DNA of 64,000 nucleotides from an uncultured Chlamydiales bacterium (GTDB lineage Bacteria; Chlamydiota; Chlamydiia; Chlamydiales; Rhabdochlamydiaceae): NCBI GenBank assembly GCA_963700985.1, contig OY969554.1, positions 1,696,001 to 1,760,000 of the forward strand, read 5' to 3'. Shown piece by piece: positions 58,322 to 64,000 of this stretch (position 1 is its first letter; each line of letters starts with the position of its first letter). The notes under the pieces were generated by a model. It saw only the letters and a program-made list of their open reading frames with translations, ran no database searches and was not told where the DNA came from. The position numbers and the translations under genes were made by a program.

Positions 58322-59044
58322 TTATCCAAGTAAAAATACGTGGATCATCAGATCAGTCACAAAATGGGCGAGCATCGCTGCCCACAACCCTCTAGACCAG
58401 TAAAGATAGCCAAAAACAAGGCCGGGAATACCGTTGAGAATCAGCACGCGAGAAATCTCAAAAGAGTTGGGAGTTGCGAGCTTAAAAAGCGCGGGCAAGT
58501 GTCCAAGCCCGAAGATTAGAGCGACAATTATGTTCGTGATCCAGAGAAAATATAAGCGGCTGCCAGAGGCGAATTTGCAGATTTTTCTGAAGAGGAAATA
58601 GATTAAAGTGAACAAGAATAGTCTTAGCAAGACCTCTTCATTAATTCCCCCATAAAGAGAAGCTAAAGCGCCCGCCCAGAAAGGGGGGTGCATAGGCGAA
58701 ACAAGGGAATTTTGAAAAACTGTTCGATCGAGAATGTAGATGATCAAACCCGCCAGCACACCTGCTAGCACGCCAGGATAGATGATCTGCTTTTGGACAT
58801 TTTTGATGACAAAAGGGTGAAGGTCAGTTTTTGGCACAAGCTTATAACTCAGCCAGCAGACAAGTCCAAAAACCAGAACGGCTTGAACTGTTCCTAAAAG
58901 GATAACTTTAAATACAGAGACTGTAGGAGGAAGAATCTGTAAGTGTTGAACATAGGGAAGCACAGACCAGTAGCCGATTAGGCAAAGAACCCAGAGAAAT
59001 AAAAATAGCTTTTTGCGCTCTGTTTTACTCTGATTATCTTGCAT
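58322..59044 (-). CDS. CPBP (CAAX/Abi) intramembrane protease
   Basis: EEVLLR, FGLGHLP, AHFVTD. Confidence 0.88.
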   Translation of the reverse strand: MQDNQSKTERKKLFLFLWVLCLIGYWSVLPYVQHLQILPPTVSVFKVILLGTVQAVLVFGLVCWLSYKLVPKTDLHPFVIKNVQKQIIYPGVLAGVLAGLIIYILDRTVFQNSLVSPMHPPFWAGALASLYGGINEEVLLRLFLFTLIYFLFRKICKFASGSRLYFLWITNIIVALIFGLGHLPALFKLATPNSFEISRVLILNGIPGLVFGYLYWSRGLWAAMLAHFVTDLMIHVFLLG

Positions 59045-59095
59045 AAGTCCTACCTCTTAAAGGATTAAAGAACTTCTAAATTGCCACAAACAAAG

Positions 59096-59746
59096 TTATT
59101 TCTCCAACCCTACCGCTTCAAGTTTGTCGATATCTAAATGGCAGATAAGACTAAGGTGCCGATTGATTTTATCGATATCCCAATCCCACCAGGCAATTTG
59201 AAGAAGACGCGCGATGGTCGCATCATCGAAACGCATTTTAACAATCTTCGCAGGATTTCCGGCCACGATCGCATAGGGAGGCACATCTTTAGCCACCAGT
59301 GCACCTGCGGCGATAATTGCACCGTGTCCAATCTTAACACCATTCATGATCATACAGTTGTAGCCAAACCAAACATCATTTCCAACCACGATATCTCCTT
59401 TTACTGGCAGATCATGCACGTCGAAAACGCTTTCCCAGCCTTGCTGAAATATCGGAAAGGGATAGGTGCTAATCGCATCGAGTTTGTGATCGCCAGTCAT
59501 GATAAAACGCGTTTCGGCGGCGATGGCGCAAAACTTACCGATAACCAGCTTAACTTTTGTAAATTCATAGTTATAGAGCACGTTATACTCTTCGAATTTT
59601 TCGACGCCTTTTACATGGTCGGCGAAATAGGTGTAATCACCGACAAAGATATTAGGCGATTTTACGAAGTTCTTTAAAAAAACAAGCTTATCGTAATCTT
59701 TCATGGGGTAGATAGCTTCTGGATCTGGGCCAATTCTATTTTGCAT
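59096..59746 (-). CDS. Vat/CatB-family xenobiotic O-acetyltransferase
   Basis: GPDP..IYP, VGDYTY, IGKFCAIA, H...ISTYPF, GNDVW, hexapeptide repeats, WWDW. Confidence 0.88.
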   Translation of the reverse strand: MQNRIGPDPEAIYPMKDYDKLVFLKNFVKSPNIFVGDYTYFADHVKGVEKFEEYNVLYNYEFTKVKLVIGKFCAIAAETRFIMTGDHKLDAISTYPFPIFQQGWESVFDVHDLPVKGDIVVGNDVWFGYNCMIMNGVKIGHGAIIAAGALVAKDVPPYAIVAGNPAKIVKMRFDDATIARLLQIAWWDWDIDKINRHLSLICHLDIDKLEAVGLEK

Positions 59747-59802
59747 ATTGGTATTCCGGGTGTTTCAGTTGTTTTTTTTGAGTGTCGAAACAAAAAAACT
59801 TC

Positions 59803-61227
59803 TTAGAGAAAGATAGCTTTGAGGATGAAGTAGCAGAGGATACACATGATGGCGCTGGCGGGGATGGTCACGATCCAAGAGAGGATGATTTCGCGCACAG
59901 TGCTTAAGTTGAGTGCGCGGAAACCGCGCGCCATGCCGACGCCGAGCACAGCACCGACGAGACAGTGAGTAGTTGAGATAGGAAGGCCTAGCTTCGAAGC
60001 GATCAGAATAGTGGTAGCGGCGCCAAATTCAGCGCAGAAGCCGCGCGTTGGAGTAAGCTCGGTAATTTTTTTGCCGATGGTTTCCATCACGCGCCAGCCA
60101 AAAGTAGCAAGACCAATCACAATTCCAACACCGCCCAGGGCCAATAGCCAGGTTGGCACCGGAGAGACGTCGGTGATAACTCCATGCTTAATCGTATCTA
60201 ATACTGCTGCCACGGGGCCGATGGCGTTAGCCACATCGTTGGCACCGTGGGCAAAAGCTACAAAGCAAGCGCTTAGAATCTGCAAATAGCCGAACAGCCT
60301 CTCCACCACATGATATTCAGAAGATTTCTCGGCAAAACAAGTGTCTTTGCGTATTTGTTGTGAAAGGGATTTAACTTCGCTGAGCAAAAGCCCAACTTTA
60401 TCGTGTGTATCATTGGAAGAGGAGACATGCACGCGCTGCAAGTGTTTCACGGCTTTTTCCAAGCTGATTACATGCTGAGGCAGGTGTCTTGAAACGCCCG
60501 TATCTGCCATGAGCGGGAGCGCGAGCCGTTTAAGCAGGAAGTAACAGATCGTGCTTGCAAGTAGACCCACGAGCAGAGCCACTCCAATTGCCTGAGGCAT
60601 CGAGAAGGCTAAATTAAGGTTTTGAAGTCCATTGAACAGCAAGCTTAATGTAAAAACGCCAAAGACGATAAAAATAAGCGCGGGCATCAGCCTAAGCGTG
60701 GCTTGAGTAGGATTCATCGCAAAGAGAATCTTTCTCTGTAAAACATAGAAGATTAGATAGGACAAAAGTCCACTCAAAATGGGTGAGATGACCCAGCTGG
60801 CTGCGATCGATGCAACCATCCCTCCTTGAATTGCATCTACACCACCGATAAGCGCGCCGAAACCTAAAATGGCTCCAACGATCGCATGTGTGGTGGAGAC
60901 CGGCCAGCCGAATATCGAAGCGATCTGCAGCCAGATACTCGTTCCAAGAAGAGCAGCGCACATGCCGAGAATTAAAACGAGAGGTTGCGAAAGAAAGAGA
61001 TCGGTGTCGATCAGACCTCTTTGCATCGTCTCCGTAACCGGAGCGCCAACAAAGAACGCACCGCAAAATTCGAGGATACCGGCTAAAATAACGGCACGCC
61101 GAAAGGTGAGAGCTCCAGACCCCACCGATGTTCCCATTGCATTGGAGACATCGTTGGCTCCGATATTCCACGCCATATAAAATCCGATGGCGAGAACAAG
61201 AATTCTAAGGATTGATTCGGCTTCCAT
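59803..61227 (-). CDS. pit: Inorganic phosphate transporter (PiT)
   Basis: Two GANDV motifs; PVSTTH and PISTTH. Confidence 0.93.
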   Translation of the reverse strand: MEAESILRILVLAIGFYMAWNIGANDVSNAMGTSVGSGALTFRRAVILAGILEFCGAFFVGAPVTETMQRGLIDTDLFLSQPLVLILGMCAALLGTSIWLQIASIFGWPVSTTHAIVGAILGFGALIGGVDAIQGGMVASIAASWVISPILSGLLSYLIFYVLQRKILFAMNPTQATLRLMPALIFIVFGVFTLSLLFNGLQNLNLAFSMPQAIGVALLVGLLASTICYFLLKRLALPLMADTGVSRHLPQHVISLEKAVKHLQRVHVSSSNDTHDKVGLLLSEVKSLSQQIRKDTCFAEKSSEYHVVERLFGYLQILSACFVAFAHGANDVANAIGPVAAVLDTIKHGVITDVSPVPTWLLALGGVGIVIGLATFGWRVMETIGKKITELTPTRGFCAEFGAATTILIASKLGLPISTTHCLVGAVLGVGMARGFRALNLSTVREIILSWIVTIPASAIMCILCYFILKAIFL

Positions 61228-61242
61228 TCCTCTACTTTAACT

Positions 61243-61917
61243 TTACTTAAGTTCTAGTACCATGCGGATGCGGTTTGCGAGTTTCTCCGACAGATTGGAG
61301 ATGCTCGCAATCTCTTCAATGAGCTTATGCCACAAATAAAAATCAGGAGCAGAAAGTGAGTCGCCTTCAGCGAAGAGTTGCTTCATTAAGCTTCTCTGTG
61401 TCAGGTCGACTTCATGTTCTTTATATGCTGTTTGTTCAACCATCTCTTTTACTTTTTCGGCTTCAAGTCCTCCAAAGGAGGCTTCCAATAGCTCATCGAT
61501 CTCTTCAATGATGTGTTTAGCATCCCAGAAGACGAGAGAGCTTTTTTGAAAAAGAGCCTGCAGCTCTTCTTTGAAATTTTTAAAAGGTGCTAGAGGGCGT
61601 AGGGTGAGAAGAATGCCCACATCTTCTGCTTTATCGGCAATGCTGTCTTGAATCGCTAGGATTTCAAGAAATTGCGGCCGATCGATGGGGAGAAAGAGGC
61701 TTCTTGGAAGATGGTTGCGAATGTCATTTTTAGTCAGATCGGCTTCATGTTCGAGAGTGCAAAGTTCGGTAACGAATTTTTCGATCTGCTCTCTATTCGC
61801 GCTAGGCAAAGAGGCCACAACAGCGGCTAATTTTTCAATGCAGTTAGCCACCTTGTTCATATGGCTTTGGAGCGGAGCAAAAGGAGACTTGCCAAAGAGC
61901 TTTGCGATTGTGAGCAT
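61243..61917 (-). CDS. DUF47/TIGR00153 PiT accessory protein
   Basis: LFGKSPFAPLQSH, EHEAD, QDSIAD. Confidence 0.9.
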   Translation of the reverse strand: MLTIAKLFGKSPFAPLQSHMNKVANCIEKLAAVVASLPSANREQIEKFVTELCTLEHEADLTKNDIRNHLPRSLFLPIDRPQFLEILAIQDSIADKAEDVGILLTLRPLAPFKNFKEELQALFQKSSLVFWDAKHIIEEIDELLEASFGGLEAEKVKEMVEQTAYKEHEVDLTQRSLMKQLFAEGDSLSAPDFYLWHKLIEEIASISNLSEKLANRIRMVLELK

Positions 61918-62001
61918 TTCTAAAACCTATCTAAAGAGACAGGTTTATATAGCTCAAGGGCATGCATAAACGCAATAAAGAACCCATTAGAGTATATTTT
62001 T

Positions 62002-62724
62002 CTAAGAAGTTTTCTTGGAAAGATCAAAGATCGCTTCTTTTTCTTTGGAGGTGAGAGCACGCCAGCTTCCGAGAGGGAGTTTGCCAAGCGACAAGCCACC
62101 AATGCGGATGCGTTCTAGTGAAATGATTTCAAGGCCGGCATTTTGGACAAGTAGACGTACTTCTCTTTTTTTGCCTTCCATCACCACAATTTTTAGAGTC
62201 CCGCGTCGCACTTTGGTAACACGCAGAGGTTTAATCCAGCAGTCTTCTACTTCTGTGCCGCGTGAGATGTTAACTAGTTGATCGTGCTTAATTTCGTCAT
62301 GCACTTTAACCAGATACTCTTTCTGAATATTCGCAGATGGATGGATAACTTTTTGGGAGAAATGGCCATCGTTGGTCACGATGATCAGGCCGGTTGTATC
62401 TCTATCGAGACGGCCGATGGTAAACAGTCTGTGGGTAAGTGGTTCAAACAGATCTGTGACGATTTTTTTTGTGCCGACGCGTTTGTTCGAGCAGATGTAA
62501 CCTGTAGGTTTATTAAGGATGTAATAAACTTTGGGTTCTTCATTAGGGAGCATCTTACCATGCACTTGAATGGTATCTTCTTCCCAAGAGACGAGGGTCT
62601 GCGGTACAACGACGACTTTGCCGTTTACTTTCACTTTTCCGTTAAAAATGAGCTCTTCGCATGCGCGCCTTGAGGCAACGCCTGCGGCGGCAAGAGCTTT
62701 ACTGAGACGCTTTTTAGTTTCCAT
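62002..62724 (-). CDS. rluB: rRNA pseudouridine synthase (RluB/RsuA family, S4 domain)
   Basis: RLSKALAAAGVASRR, NKPTG, GRLDRDTTG, EGKKREVR. Confidence 0.88.
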   Translation of the reverse strand: METKKRLSKALAAAGVASRRACEELIFNGKVKVNGKVVVVPQTLVSWEEDTIQVHGKMLPNEEPKVYYILNKPTGYICSNKRVGTKKIVTDLFEPLTHRLFTIGRLDRDTTGLIIVTNDGHFSQKVIHPSANIQKEYLVKVHDEIKHDQLVNISRGTEVEDCWIKPLRVTKVRRGTLKIVVMEGKKREVRLLVQNAGLEIISLERIRIGGLSLGKLPLGSWRALTSKEKEAIFDLSKKTS

Positions 62725-62850
62725 AGGGCACAATCATATAGGGAAAAAGCAAAAAAATACAAATAAAAAATCATTGATTATTAAAAACTATTTTAATTTA
62801 ACTATTGTAATTAGTTTGTTATGATAATGCCCCTCTAATAAGGGGGTTTT

Positions 62851-63198
62851 ATGGTTGGTGAAATTCATCAATATATCGAACAGGTTAAGCAAGAACAGGT
62901 CTATTCTATTCCTTACGACACACGTCCGATGGAAGGGCCCCTTCGTCCTGGCGAAAGGATTGTATTACATGGTGGCATTACGATTGGGAATCAGACAAAT
63001 GAAGAGATCTTTATTCATGAAGATTTTTTTTTAAATAAAGGTGGCTATCACATCACCGTTATTCACCCAGCTTCTGGCGCTGTGTTAATTTCTTCCCAGC
63101 AAGCTCCGATGCAGTCAGCCTACTTATTTGTCATATTAGATGGAGTGCCTGTGCTTGAGCGGCTTGAACGCAATCTGATTGCAGAAGCTTCAGAGTAA
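62851..63198 (+). CDS. Hypothetical protein (predicted beta-rich)
   Basis: SD AAGGGGG, AT-rich upstream region, fills the rluB-gpmA gap. Confidence 0.65.
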   Translation: MVGEIHQYIEQVKQEQVYSIPYDTRPMEGPLRPGERIVLHGGITIGNQTNEEIFIHEDFFLNKGGYHITVIHPASGAVLISSQQAPMQSAYLFVILDGVPVLERLERNLIAEASE

Positions 63199-63252
63199 TC
63201 TCCCTGGCTGTTATCATTAATTTTTTGGAGCTTTAAGAGGGATTTTTTCAGA

Positions 63253-63951
63253 ATGGCACATTCAAAATCAAAATTGGTCATGCTCAGGCATGGACAATCA
63301 GAGTGGAATAAGCTCAATTTATTTACTGGCTGGGTGGATATTCCACTCAGTCCTGAAGGCGTTCAAGAGTCTTTGGAAGCAGGTAGACGCATTGCACATA
63401 TCCCATTTGATGTAATCTTTGTCTCTTCCCTTATTCGAGCGCAGATGACGGCCATGCTGGCTATGAGTGTGCACGGATCAAAAAAAGTTCCGACTATACT
63501 TCATCCTCATCAGGGTAAGCTCGAAGATTGGGCCAAAATTTACAGTCCAGAAACAGAAAAACAGTGCATCCCGGTTATTGCCGCTTGGCAGCTCAATGAA
63601 AGAATGTATGGACGCCTACAAGGCATGAATAAACGTGAGATGATGGATAAGTTTGGCCAAGAACAAGTTCAGATCTGGCGACGTAGTTTTGATGTTCCTC
63701 CTCCAGAAGGTGAGAGTCTAGAGATGACGGCCGAACGCGCGCTTCCCTATTTTAACGAAGAGATAATTCCTTACTTGAATCAGGGAAAAAATGTTCTGAT
63801 CTGCGCGCATGGCAACTCGATGCGTGCTATCATGATGCAACTCGACAAACTCAATAAGCAGCAGGTAGTCGAACTGGAGATTCCAACCGGATTGCCCATT
63901 GTTTACAACTTTCACGACCATCATTGGGAAAAAGAGCCATCCTCGAAATGA
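63253..63951 (+). CDS. gpmA: 2,3-BPG-dependent phosphoglycerate mutase
   Basis: LRHGQSEWN..N.FTGW, LNERMYG, AHGNS.R. Confidence 0.95.
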   Translation: MAHSKSKLVMLRHGQSEWNKLNLFTGWVDIPLSPEGVQESLEAGRRIAHIPFDVIFVSSLIRAQMTAMLAMSVHGSKKVPTILHPHQGKLEDWAKIYSPETEKQCIPVIAAWQLNERMYGRLQGMNKREMMDKFGQEQVQIWRRSFDVPPPEGESLEMTAERALPYFNEEIIPYLNQGKNVLICAHGNSMRAIMMQLDKLNKQQVVELEIPTGLPIVYNFHDHHWEKEPSSK

Positions 63952-64000
63952 AAAGTGTGTATTTAGATAATCAGACGCTCACGCGTCCTTTTTCACGTGT
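63948..64000 (+). CDS. 5' end of a probable NifS-like class V aminotransferase
   Basis: ATGA overlap with the gpmA stop; MKSVYLDNQTLTRP resembles the YLDN.ATT start of NifS/IscS. Confidence 0.55.
   Translation, partial: MKSVYLDNQTLTRPFSR

Noticed and set aside
334-63924. The many 60-180 aa ORFs antisense or out of frame to identified genes (for example 9385-9888, 52928-53410, 59138-59677, 60692-61171)
   Set aside because: Shadow ORFs of well-supported genes, with no motifs or ribosome-binding sites.

Overview
Chromosomal segment of an environmental chlamydia (Chlamydiota). The evidence is the chlamydial sctJ-[CT560-like]-sctL-sctR-sctS-sctT cluster, mcsA-mcsB, the rluB/gpmA/nifS arrangement and expanded MOMP-like porins. 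Core content: tRNA-Thr(CGT), rsmB, yfiH/pgeF, tyrP, rmlC-rmlD-rmlB-kdsB, sufBCDS, T3SS export genes, sthA, glgP, hemH, pit with its DUF47 partner, rluB and gpmA. There is a complete de novo UMP operon (carA-carB-pyrB-pyrI-pyrC-pyrD-pyrE-pyrF), unusual for chlamydiae. It carries two overlapping glycosyltransferase genes and runs straight into the T3SS genes. Accessory and effector-like content: a signal-peptide ATP-grasp ligase missed by the ORF track, a frameshifted MORN remnant, an F-box/WD40 gene with an in-frame TGA followed by a stem-loop, and a triplet of Inc-like paralogs. Also present are a Bcs1-type CDP-ribitol synthase fusion, a pair of secreted paralogs, a Sel1-repeat protein, four MOMP-like barrels (three in tandem with Cys clusters and a duplicated promoter), and a 646-aa protein with a complete arginine-deiminase (PAD/agmatine deiminase) motif set, which is the best novelty candidate. 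Several intergenic palindromic, REP/MITE-like elements are present. No CRISPR array, rRNA, transposase or prophage was seen. All calls come from reading motifs by eye; no database searches were run.
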